Below, in pieces: positions 12,732 through 23,592 of a stretch of DNA of 64,000 bases. Each line of letters begins with the position of its first letter. Position 1 is the first letter of the stretch. The notes beneath the pieces were generated by a model that did no database searches, was not told the DNA's origin, and saw only the letters and a list, made by a program, of their open reading frames with translations. The translations under genes were made by a program, and so were the position numbers. The DNA comes from Patellaria atrata CBS 101060 (taxonomy: Eukaryota), in the NCBI GenBank assembly GCA_010093705.1, contig MU006089.1, forward strand, positions 2,901,561-2,965,560, in the 5' to 3' direction.

Positions 12732-14429
12732 ATGGCGAATAAGCCTATTCGAAGTCCCAAAAAACTCATTGTGTGCTGCGATGGAACATGGATGAACAGC
12801 GACAATGGTTGGGTCGATGCAACTTGGTTCAAGCCTGGCCATTACCAGACACCTTCCAATGTCACACGCATCAGTCGAGCGATCTTACCCGAGGACAAAG
12901 ACCACCATCCTCAAATTGTTTACTATCAGGCTGGAGTCGGTACCTCCTCACATACCGTAGATAGATGGTTTAGCGGAGGAACAGGTGCAGGCTTATCTGA
13001 AAACATTCGAGAAGCGTATGCTTTCGTCGCCAACAACTTCCATCCGGGAGACTCAATTTTTCTATTGGGTTTCTCACGAGGAGCATTTACGGCAAGAAGC
13101 ATTGGTGGTCTAATTGCCGGTATGGGATTACTGGAGAAAGATGGCCTTGAGTTCTTTTATTGTGTCTTTAAAGATTGGGAGGGCGCTGGAGACGAAGATT
13201 ACGAGCCAAGTGGACCAACCAAAATCCCTGGTTGGACTACTAAGTTGCCCTCTCCCAAAAACGCCAATAATTACTTGCGTGAATATAAGAAGGAGCTCAA
13301 GCGGGTACGTCATTCTTATCCTGGCTTTAGTCCAATATGCTGACATCTATACAGCTTAAACTTGCCAGAGACGCCGCCATTAAAGCAATTGGGGTTTGGG
13401 ATACCGTTGGTATGTATAGTACTCCTTTTCTCTAGGCCGATATCATTTTCCGCTTCAAGGTTATCGCCTATAAGCCGATGACGGAAGCATGGTTCAAGAT
13501 CAGTTCTTCACAGAAGCTAGAGTTATAGTGTCAGTTAATAGAGCCCTGCTAATACACGTATAGGTGCGCTTGGTATTCCGACAACGCCGATTCTTCAGAA
13601 AATAGGTTTCCCGGACTTCCTTCATGACTACAAGTTCCTTGATACAGGAATAGACAATCATGTAGAGAATGCGTTCCAAGCTTTAGCCTTGGATGAGCAT
13701 CGAGCGTCATATAGTCCCGCCGTGTGGGAAAGACCGGAAGGATGTAGCACAGTGAGACCGCTTTTCTTATACTTAAATTTTTGAAGATGAGTCTAATTTC
13801 TCTAGAATTTAAAACAAGTGTGGTTTCCGGGCGTCCATTCCAACGTTGGTGGGAGCTATGAAGATTCAAGCATTGCCGACATAACATTGTCGTGGATGAT
13901 GTCACAGCTGGCACCTTGGTTGGCATTTAACCCCAACTATCTGAGGTCTCAGCATGCGGCATTGCAAACTTATCTCAAAACTACCGAAAATCCTAAGCGG
14001 GGCTGGGCAAATGGTAAGATATATAACTCGAACGAGTTTCCTACGTCCCTAGGTGGAAGTGAGCACCGCACACCCTGCATGTACCATAAGACTGATTACG
14101 GGACTCAAAGACCTCTTCCTGATATGCTCAGAGAGACGAACGAAATGGTACATTTGAGTGTCCGGTTACGATATCGGGATCCTAAGTCCATGGCGTACAA
14201 TGATTACAGAGTCGGCTATCGACCTCCTGCATTAAAGGGGTGGAACTGTGAAGACGGTGATGCCTTCTCAGATGATGGAATCGCTGAAGACAGTAGCAAG
14301 GTCAAGTGGGTGTACCTAGGGGACAAGAAAGAAGGTAAAGGAAAGATTATGCTGGAGGATAAGCTTGGAGAGTTTGAGCTTGAACTTCTGAACTTGGATT
14401 CGGAGGCTGCATCAAAGGTCTTGGATTAA
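12732..14429 (+). CDS. DUF2235 / Tle1-like alpha/beta hydrolase (putative phospholipase), 4 exons
   Basis: KLIVCCDGTW, SNVTRISRAI, YYQAGVGT, GFSRGAFTAR, GVWDTVG, ALALDEHR and QVWFPGVHSNVGG motifs; introns ~13305-13353, ~13410-13563 and ~13752-13805. Confidence 0.9.
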
Positions 14430-15033
14430 TCATTATGAGACATTTTGTAGTATTTCTAACGGGAATTTCTCTTACTGTAAGGTACGGGAGTAAGGATTTT
14501 GATTCGTGTATTCCCCTTTTGTGTACGTCCCCTTCTTTATCACAGTTAATTAGACTAGACTCCAAGGTCTATAGAGTAATTATCCTGTATACCTAGCATG
14601 GAACAGATCCATCCGTCCTCTAGTTCGATGGTTTTCAAGCCGTTACTGAAGGTCACAAAGGTATCAAACTCGTTCCTCTCGATCTCTGGCCTTCGACCCG
14701 CTAGCACATTCGCTCAACATGATTGTTCGCTCCTTCGATCCGTGAGGTATTTGAAGGTAGAATGGAAGACACGTGAGAGTCATTAGACGAGTACTCTCGG
14801 TATTTTCTCATTATCTCGTCATAATGATTTCTAGCACTTTGCTCCGCAGCTTGCCTATCGTTGTTATCGATATGTTGAACTGGATTTTGGGTTTGATCCA
14901 ATGTGACAGGTCCTTCAAACCCGAAGCTGTCCAATTCTTCAAACTCAAGGTTGTATAAATTATGTCTGTTATCAGGAGGAGGCTCAAGATTCTGAGGTGA
15001 ACAATTCACATATTGAGTTTGGGTCACGGTTGT

Positions 15034-15255
15034 CGCGACTCGAGTCAAACTGAACAAGTCCTCAACACCGGGAGTGAAACTCTCGACTTGACTTAGGAGA
15101 AATGTTGGCAAACCTATAGACTCTAGATTTAGAGAACTATTCGCGTATCGGGTCTAGGTCATCATTACCGCGACTTAAGTCAAACTGGGAAAGTCCTCAA
15201 CACTGGGAGTGAAGTCCTCGACTTGACTTAAGGGAAATGTTGGCAGACCTATAGA
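15034..15255. repeat. Degenerate direct repeat, two ~87-bp copies with a 135-bp period
   Basis: cgcgactcgagtcaaactgaacaagtcctcaacaccgggagtgaa...gttggcaaacctataga (15034-15120) versus cgcgacttaagtcaaactgggaaagtcctcaacactgggagtgaa...gttggcagacctataga (15169-15255). Confidence 0.85.
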
Positions 15256-16177
15256 AGACTCCGATTCGATTATCTCTGTTTGAATTTCTATCTAACGTCC
15301 TCATCTCATCTATATCGCCATTGAAGGGTGCTATAGAACTCTTTTGGCGTTTAGAAGGATCTGTAAGGGACTCGGGTCTATACCTATCCAAAATATATGT
15401 CTGTTCCCTCTTCTTGCGATTAGATACGTATGGTCGTGTATGCTCACTATCATCAGTATAATCTCGGGGCTTCCTAGATAAGGAACGGTAACGCGTATGG
15501 TTTTCTTCACGGATATCATGTCGGTCTCGGCGAATACTATGAGACTGTGAGTGCGAGGTCCTAGAGTGACTTACCGATCTCCTCTTAGAATACTCTCAGG
15601 GCCTCTTGGATGAGGAACGGTAACGCACTCCATCGTCAATACGAGGACGACTTCCAGACCTCGATCTCCTATAAGAGTCAATCTATCTGTCCCTTGTATT
15701 GTATCTATGTAAGAAGCTCCGTTCGTTCTCCGTACTTGGAAGACGCTCGCCACTCAAGAGTGCGATCCTGTATACCTGACCAGGTCTTTTATATCGATGA
15801 TTATTTATCATTTCGTTTAGTTTTTTTTTTTTTAATAAGTCCCCCCGAAAACAACAGAAGCGCCAAAGGCCGAAGCCTATTCCAATACTCCGCAGAGATA
15901 TTGGTCGAAGAATCAGGAAATCCCGACTCTTCTCATCCGAAGACAAAGACTGCAGTGGGCAAGTAATAGGTATCACTTGGAGATGGAAAATGTCATGAAA
16001 GAAAAATACTCAAAGTTGCGGGATAAAAGAAGTTTTTCAAGTCCGCCGCCGTCTGGTGAGCTCCTTAGAAGTAAATTACTACGCGTAACGCGTCCGCGCT
16101 AACCACATTGAGCTAACGGCTGTACCAGTACCTTCTCGTCATTCCCGTCATCACTTCAACATTCAACATCAGCACTT

Positions 16178-17640
16178 TCATCCTAAGGTATTCGAAAATT
16201 GGTATATGTCTTTGCTCCATTCGCTGGGAAGGGTATATGTTCTTCTATTATTATTTACCATCAAGTTAGGTCCCCGTGCAAGCCAAACCGAGATGTTTAT
16301 GCCACATCTACAGTCACCTGTGACACCTGTATCCTTCTGCAGTATACTCTTAATAGGAGCAATCCAGCTAGCAAGGAAAGCACACCCGATAATTGCTATG
16401 TTCAATGCAAAGGTATCCTGAAGGCCTGTCATGTACGCCCGCAATATCGCAGTAATGTCGGTATCAGGAAAGATAGTTCGAAGCTCGGTAGCATTTGTGG
16501 CGAGACAAGCTCTTTATCAAGATGCAAAGCCACTTGACCTAGACTGTATATCAAGCGGTTGCTAAATACAGATTGCCCAGCGGATACGAACACGGTCCCG
16601 CCCATCATCTGGAAAACTGATATGTGTTAGGCCTCCCTAGTTAGCGTCAAGCTGGATAGACGTTATAACTTACAGAGAACAGTCGCAGTTGCGGCTGCGA
16701 TATCCTCAGTGTTCGAGAACGCTTGCCCGGTGATTACGGGAATCTGGATTGCCAATCCTTGACCGACACCTAGAATTACTTGGTGACCTAAAGCCTTGGC
16801 TAGGGATGTATCGATATTCAAAGTGTACAACAAGCCAGCTCCAATAGCGAAGATAGCACTACCCACTGTAATGAAAATAGTGAATTGACCAACTTGAATA
16901 ATTGCTAAAACAGAGAGAGTAGCGAAAAGTGCTATGATTTTGTCAGCAATGATCGTTGTCCCATAGATCCCGTCGAAGTACTCACAGGAACCGACGATAA
17001 ATAGCAGATTCTAGATTCTGCTATGTACAGCGGTGGTACCATCGATCGCTGGAAACTACATGGGCAAGAAATAAGTTACCAAGAAGTTCGCCCCCTACTG
17101 GCTGTCCTCTAATTTAGGATAGATGAGAGGGAAATACACTTACAAGAAGACGAAAATGCAGACACCAGGTATCACACGCTGTCCCAATATTCTTGGTACT
17201 AGCGAGGCCCTCTCTTTTTGCCATACCTCGATCCCGGCAAAAGCTCCAGTCAGGACAACGAAGGACACAAGACACACAACGACTTTGGCGGAGTTCTAGG
17301 CCGAAGTTACGCCAGCCCACTGTGTAACGAGTAGAAAGCAAACAGGACTTGCCAAAATAGTAAATGTACCAAGGAGATCTAATTGCAATATAATCTCACG
17401 AAGTAGCACTGAGCGTGGCTTCGAGGACGCTGGCGGTCTGAAGACGAGGAGTATTATACCAAGTGCAACTTTACTGAGAGGAAGATTAATCCAGAAACGG
17501 CGTACTGTCCAAATGGCAAACAAAAAAAGATTACGATATGAAATGACTTACCACTATCGCCATTCAATTGTATCGGTAAAGACTCCTCCAAGAAGAGGGC
17601 CTACAACACTAGCACACCCATAAGATGTACCCACGAGCCA
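16178..17640 (-). pseudogene. MFS drug/toxin efflux transporter (DHA2 family) pseudogene, N-terminal part missing
   Basis: [60 protein letters not shown] and AYMTGLQDTF fragments with several in-frame stops. Confidence 0.85.
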
Positions 17641-18169
17641 GTGATCTTGGTGAACTGGATTTTAGTGGAGTGGACTGGATTTTGAGACGAGGTAGATCGT
17701 GGATTTGGGAACGGCTGATCTTAGTCAAATCAAGTGGAAGTAGGATCGTCAGAATGTCTTTTACACCCCGTTCTCTCCAGGTGCTGAGCAATGGCAGGCA
17801 CGGGGATGACGGCCGAATATGTCGATTGTAGGATGCCAGACTCTCTAGATTTTGTAGTTGTAAATCTAACGATACTGGATTATTTTAAGATTATTCACTC
17901 TACTGGTACTTTACCAACATTCTTCTAATCGCATTAGCTTACGTAATAGAGACTTTGTGCAAATTCTCACTATGTGCATTTCTATATTAGTGCCAGCACC
18001 TAGGCCTCAATATATATTTCTTTATATGCCAAAGCACATACAACTACCAGGAAACAGGTCAATATCAGTTATGAGAAGTGATTTTTCGGGCTTCTCAAAC
18101 AGCCTTGTGTCACCATTTCATCTGACTAAGCTAGAATCTCCAACCTGTGCCACTCCGGCGCCATCCGGT

Positions 18170-19443
18170 TGACACGACAAGAACTTCACAATAGGCGTGT
18201 TCAGACCTTCTTGACCGCTGAGATGAACTCTATCATTTGACACTTGTACCATCAAAGCCCATGAACGAGCCAGGAAGGTGCTCCTTGGTGGAAACATCAA
18301 ACATCTTCATAATAGCCGTCACGCTATCATCGATCTCGACAAAGGCCTCAGCATAGCCGAAAAACTGGCACGCTTTATTACCTGACACGGGCGTGACAAT
18401 GCCAGCGTTTGCTTTACCAAAGGGATGACCAGCATTGTCTCCTCAACCCACCTGACGACGCAGTATCCTTTCATGGACCCAGTCATGAATCGTATTCTAG
18501 ATAATGTGTTGCTTAAGGACCCACTGATAAGACCAATCGTCGAATTCCGACATGTAAGTCATCATAAAAAGTCACGGTTCGAAATGGATGTACGCCGTAC
18601 TTACGATGGTAAATACAGGAGCTTGATAGCTGCATCAAGGATACCTTTCGACGTTGGGATTCGGGCCAGAACTCGAGGGTGACACTCTTTTTGAAGTATT
18701 GCTGAATTCAAAGCTCCCTCGAGAAGAATTGTCAGAGATGCGCATGCAACATGAGGCGGTCAGTTTTATTGGCGCCGCATTTGATACCACGAGGCAGGCA
18801 CTGAAGATGATCACCTAGTTCTATCACATCGTTGCAAACCCACGTGTCTACGAGGAGCTTCATGCACAGCTTGTTCAACCGATCCCGGATTCTACCAAGA
18901 TGCCGTCTTGGTCAGAGCTGCAGAAGTTACCGTATTTGACGGCGTGCATTATTGAAGAAGGTGAAGTTAACTTGGGAGACTTGAACTAGTGGAGTAATAA
19001 TAAGAAAGAAACTGACCGAAGTCATATCTAGGTTTGCGCATCGGATTTGGCACAGTTCAGCGGTCGCCCCGCATCTCTCCTAACACGTTTCATTACGCGA
19101 CTTTCACCATTCCTGCCGGTACCCCTGTACCTTCGGATTCTTATCACATGCACACCAACGAGGCCGTGTTCCCTGAGCTTGACGTACAAACCTGAGCGCT
19201 GGCTTGGAGATCCCAAGAGCGCAGATGGCAAGAAAACGTGGTCCCCTTTGGGCGTGGGGCAAGAATGTGCCATGGGATGCACATGGCATACTGCGAGCTT
19301 TCCCTTACGATAGCGTCAATGATGCGGAGGTTCGAGTTCAATTATTCGAGACCCATCGGTCTGACGTTGATTCCTACCGCGATGCTTTGACGCTACAAGC
19401 AAGACCAGGTAGCAAGGCAGTTCGGATTCTGACAAGTCGTTGA
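18170..19443 (+). pseudogene. Cytochrome P450 monooxygenase pseudogene (trichodiene-oxygenase/CYP58-like wording)
   Basis: TLFEVLLNSKLPREELSEMRMQHEAVSFIGAAFDTT (I-helix); stop TAG at 18816-18818; ELQKLPYLTACIIEEG|LR (ExxR region across an intron); KPERW; heme motif FGRGARMCHG at 19247-19276; several frameshifts. The 5' boundary is approximate. Confidence 0.85.
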
Positions 19444-19989
19444 TATGCATAAGCCTCGTAGAATAATCAATCTTGTCCCACGAGTAACCTAGATAAATCA
19501 GAGAAGCGAACCTGATGCTTCGTCCTATCATTCGTCCCGACGGTTGCACTTGCTGTTAATCTTTTTCTTCATCATATCCGTCATTAGATCTACGTATGCA
19601 GGTGCGAAAGAAAAAAAAAATTAAGGATAGATACGGTAAATTGCACATGCGGTGAGAGTCGCGTACCTCCTCTTTTCAGTAAAAAAGACTACTCGTCCGT
19701 GTACGGTGTATATGTTTCTCTACAACGATGGCGAACTCCCACGCCACGGCCGTGAAACTTCTAAACCGACCTGTGCAAGCTCGACGCCTCTTGTTTAAAC
19801 ACAGGTTTATGTCTGGTATGAGCTCGCTCTTTCTAAAGTATCTAAGCATATGGCATACTGCAGCCCACTGTTTGATCCACTACGCCTGGAATAATTCGTC
19901 GACTGCCCTATGTTGTCTTTACACCTGACTTGCTTCGGTTTTGCATTACCACAACTTTCTTCATGCTGTCGGACATTACACCCAACCGA

Positions 19990-21077
19990 ATGGAATTTTT
20001 TCTAGCACATCAGAATGAAGATCAAGAACGAGCAGAACGGCGAAAGACGCAGAACAGAAATGCGCAACGCCGTTTCCGCAGTAAGATGACTGACCCGAAA
20101 AGATAGTAATTATATCGACTAACGTATCAATCAACTCGCTGATAGGCAAGATGGCTCTCTCTCAAGCTGTACCAAACGATCCTCAAATAATTCAAACCGG
20201 CGAAGCTATAAACACTTGTCACGGGAGTTCATTATCCGAAAGCAGGAATCCCCCTAACTTTCCCCCAAGCGCAAGTGGAACGCGTTTAAACTCCACTCCT
20301 TCCAAAGGTCTTTCGTGCATAACCGACAGAGCCTCTCCGATGTACAATGATCCTACTCGTATACAGCTTTTGCCCTCACCACATCATTATTCTCCCATTA
20401 TTGCTCAAAATTCTCCAAAGAGGGAAGTTACCATTGGTAACTTCAGCAGCATTCAACTCAAGTCACCTCAAATAAACCCAGCCGCTACGTGGCATGGAGA
20501 GGTCGCACCAGCGGTAAGCGGAGACATGAGTTCGGTGGACCTCATATGGGATACATCCTACAGCAATATCTCCAGTTCGTTGGATTCTCACTCAAGCAGT
20601 ATACACAACGTTGCCGAACAGCAGCAGCAACTGATGGGACTTGCGGACATTCCTACATCGTCGATAGAATCTCCACTCACCAAATCATCACCCTCTTTGA
20701 CTCGAGCTCTTACTTTATCGCAGCAATCCACTCAAGTGAATGACTATAGAGGTTGTAAAACACTTTTGCATATTGCAGCAGAAAATGGGCACGACCACAT
20801 TGTGCAAGCACTCCTCAAACAGGAGGTGGATATCGATGAGCGGGATGGCTCAGGCGCCACAGCCCTTCATGTCGCAGTCAGGCACCAGCGAGAAGGGGTG
20901 GTGAGGTTATTACTGGAAAGTGGTGCGACTGTCGATGCCTGCGACAACCTTGGATGGACGCCGTTGCACTTCGCAGCCGAAAACGGTTTCGTTGCGGGAT
21001 GGGATCTGCTTACTTTCTTCGGTGCCGACCTCTCACGGAAAGTCAGAGAGAGATCTGGATCCGTGAAGGGTGAATAA
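19990..21077 (+). CDS. bZIP-basic-region + ankyrin-repeat (bANK, ToxE-like) transcription factor, 2 exons
   Basis: Exon 1 (19990-20080) MEFFLAHQNEDQERAERRKTQNRNAQRRFR; intron 20081-20145 (gtaag..ctaac..tag) splices in frame to ORF 20151-21077; C-terminal ankyrin repeats TLLHIAAENGH, TALHVAVRHQRE and TPLHFAAENG. Confidence 0.85.
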
Positions 21078-21397
21078 TCTGGAACTCATAAAGGACTTTC
21101 GCACGAAGCCGGCGGGCCCGTAGCGATTAAGCGTTTTCGGCACGTCTTTTCGGGGAATATAATCGGCGGATATACGAACATGGACGGATGATTCCTTTCT
21201 TTTGCGAAATTTGTGATTCGAGTTACTTCTCTTTTCGTATTCATGCGGTTAGAGAATATTTCTTATTAATTTCTTTATATAGCATTTTACATGATACCTC
21301 TATTCGTATAACATTTCTTCACGAGTAACGTCTTTCACTTCAACTATCTTTTCAACTCAGCAAGCATTTTGGTGCTTACGATATCACTCATGATATA

Positions 21398-22260
21398 TTA
21401 AGCGAGTAACCCTGCCTTTTCAGCCTTTTCAGCGAGCTCCTCGAACAAATCACAGATTTCATCACTCGATTCCCGGGGGATTTCATGACCTCCATCGTGT
21501 TGAAATTGTAACCTCTGCGCCCTATGACACAGTTCAACAAGGTCTATGCTGTGTTTTCTCCAAGGATCCTTAGTTCCATACACGTGCGCGGTTGGGACAC
21601 TGATGCGGATTTCATCTACATCCGCATGAAACATATGGTAGTAAGGACCATCTTTACACTTCACCGTCACTCTCTCACTCTCTGAGTTAGAGCCTGAAGC
21701 ATCGGATTCTGGCTCTGAACCCGACGAACTTGAGAGATCATCGTCGTCACGCAAAAAGTATTTGTCCGCTATCAGGTAATCTAGCACGGTGTCCGGACGG
21801 AGCAGCGGTCTCGCATTCTTAACATCTCCCAAGGTACCTTCGCACATCGACACCCCAGTGAACGCTCCTTGAGAATGGTAGAGACGAGCAGATAAATATA
21901 GTTGCTTTGAAAGGAGAAAGTTCTGGATGTTCGATCTCATGGTGGAGCAAGATCGATGCCGCTGGTGCGGCACCCTTGCTGAAACCAAGAAATATATCCA
22001 ATGGACCTTTCTGTTTGATGAATGAAAGAAGGTATGTATGCGCTGCAGCAACCTTCTTGATGGTAAGAGTATTGCCCCAGTATTGGAAAGACCCGTTGCA
22101 GAATTCGGCTACCCCTGGAAATGGATCACATAGTCCTGGTCCTTCAGCGAAGATGAAGTCATACTCCACAGAAAGCAATGATCCAAATGCGGCAGTCTGA
22201 AGACTCAAACACCTTGGCGTTCACACCCATATCATGCAGACAGAGCACTCGGATAGCCAT
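21398..22260 (-). pseudogene. Serine hydrolase FSH1 / LovG-type polyketide-releasing esterase, frameshifted
   Basis: MAIRVLCLHDMGVNAKVFES start at 22260; GPLDIFLGFSKGA nucleophile elbow; IFICS; PTAHVYGTKDPW; HDGGHEIP. Frameshifts near 22200 and ~21840. Confidence 0.85.
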
Positions 22261-22329
22261 ATTCGATAATCAAAGTGGATTGAACAGAGTGGTCGAGCAA
22301 GGATGAAATGTCCGAAGACGTCGAGTAGG

Positions 22330-23240
22330 TCCAAGGTAGATAGCAGGAACCCGGATCTTTCGAATGTTTGTCTGTTATTGACATGGTCCTTCAGAGCATC
22401 AACAAGTGTTCGAAGGATGCTGCAATTGACAGCGAGTTCTGTGAGAGGGATGGCATGATTTACGTCCGCCGCATCGTACTAAATGAGACTATCAACGATC
22501 TTAAGAACCAAAGGGGCCAATAGCATACCTATCGAGACTCGCGATATACATGAGAGCGAGACTGCCATTCGTCTGCAAGCGGAAGGGTTGGGTACTCTTG
22601 ATGGCCTCCGTTATAATGAAGTCTCGCCCAAGGAACTACTACTGAAGGGATAATATGGTCCAGCATTTCAACAAGGACCAGTGAACCGGGATCTCGGGGA
22701 AGGCACTGAGAAGGATCCTAGCATACAGTATCTGGACGCAGACAGACCTCCCGGTCGACGCACCAGGAGCGAGCCAACTCATCACCGGGACCGCGGTCCC
22801 GCTCCCCCTCGACGCGGAAATCAGCAAAGACGCCAACTTTGGCCTCTCTTCACCGCCGCAGACGCCGGTGACGCCGGTAACCCCGGAAAAGCAGCCGACG
22901 ACGACGCCAATAAAGACATCCAAGGTTTCTTCCTCCTCCGCGAGACCGGCGCAGATCACGAAACCCTGCTCGCGTCTTGCGTCGATGTGGTCAACGCGCG
23001 CTTCACGAAGATGCTGAGGTTGAGCGAGCCGATGGAGCCTGCCAAGGCGCTGACGACGTATGAGCTCGATTCGTTGTCTGCGGTCGAGTTCAGGAATTGG
23101 TTGCGCGTTACGCTCGGCACTGAGTTTAGCACGCTCGATGTCGCGAATACGCACAGTTTGTATAGTCTTTGCGAGAAGATCTTAGCCAAGTTGGGACCCT
23201 GTGGAGGGGTCGAAATTGGATCGGAAACGGTTATAATTTT
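22330..23240 (+). pseudogene. Remnant of a highly reducing type I PKS (pre-ER linker/ER start, KR C-terminus, ACP)
   Basis: EFCERDGMIYVRRIVLNETIND (from 22434); IRLQAEGLGTLDGLRY (from 22567); *TGISGKALRRILAYSIWTQT and SQLITG..KDANF (KR end); ACP KALTTYELDSLSAVEFRNWLRVTLGTEFSTLDV. Stops and frameshifts present; no KS/AT/DH seen. Confidence 0.85.
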
Positions 23241-23592
23241 TCGAGTAGCAGTTTATAAATTTTCTTTATTCTGGGCAAGGGAATCAATCTTTATTTTTTT
23301 TTTTTCCTGTTTGGTCATGGAGCGGCTACAGTACATAGAATTATTCACTCTCATTAAGACATAGATGGGAAAAAATTGAAAATAGAAATAGGAACTTGTT
23401 ACAGCTATATGCTACGGATTAAACGACAGACAGAAAGGTATTAACGATACATACAGCGCTCGAAAATAACAAAGACAAAAGAGAAACAGTTGAACAAAAG
23501 AACCCCATTTTCCATCCTACATTTCCTTCCGAACTACATCCTACACATACACCATCATTACACTCCCCGCTCAAATCCGAGAGATAGGAGCT

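Noticed and set aside
17393..17402. ATCTCACGAA, matching the ToxE tox-box consensus ATCTCNCGNA as I recall it
   Set aside because: Single hit inside the MFS coding remnant rather than a promoter; likely chance.
22681..23364. 227-aa ORF as a functional stand-alone ACP gene
   Set aside because: GTG start, out-of-frame N-terminus and read-through into AT-rich sequence; better explained as a PKS remnant.
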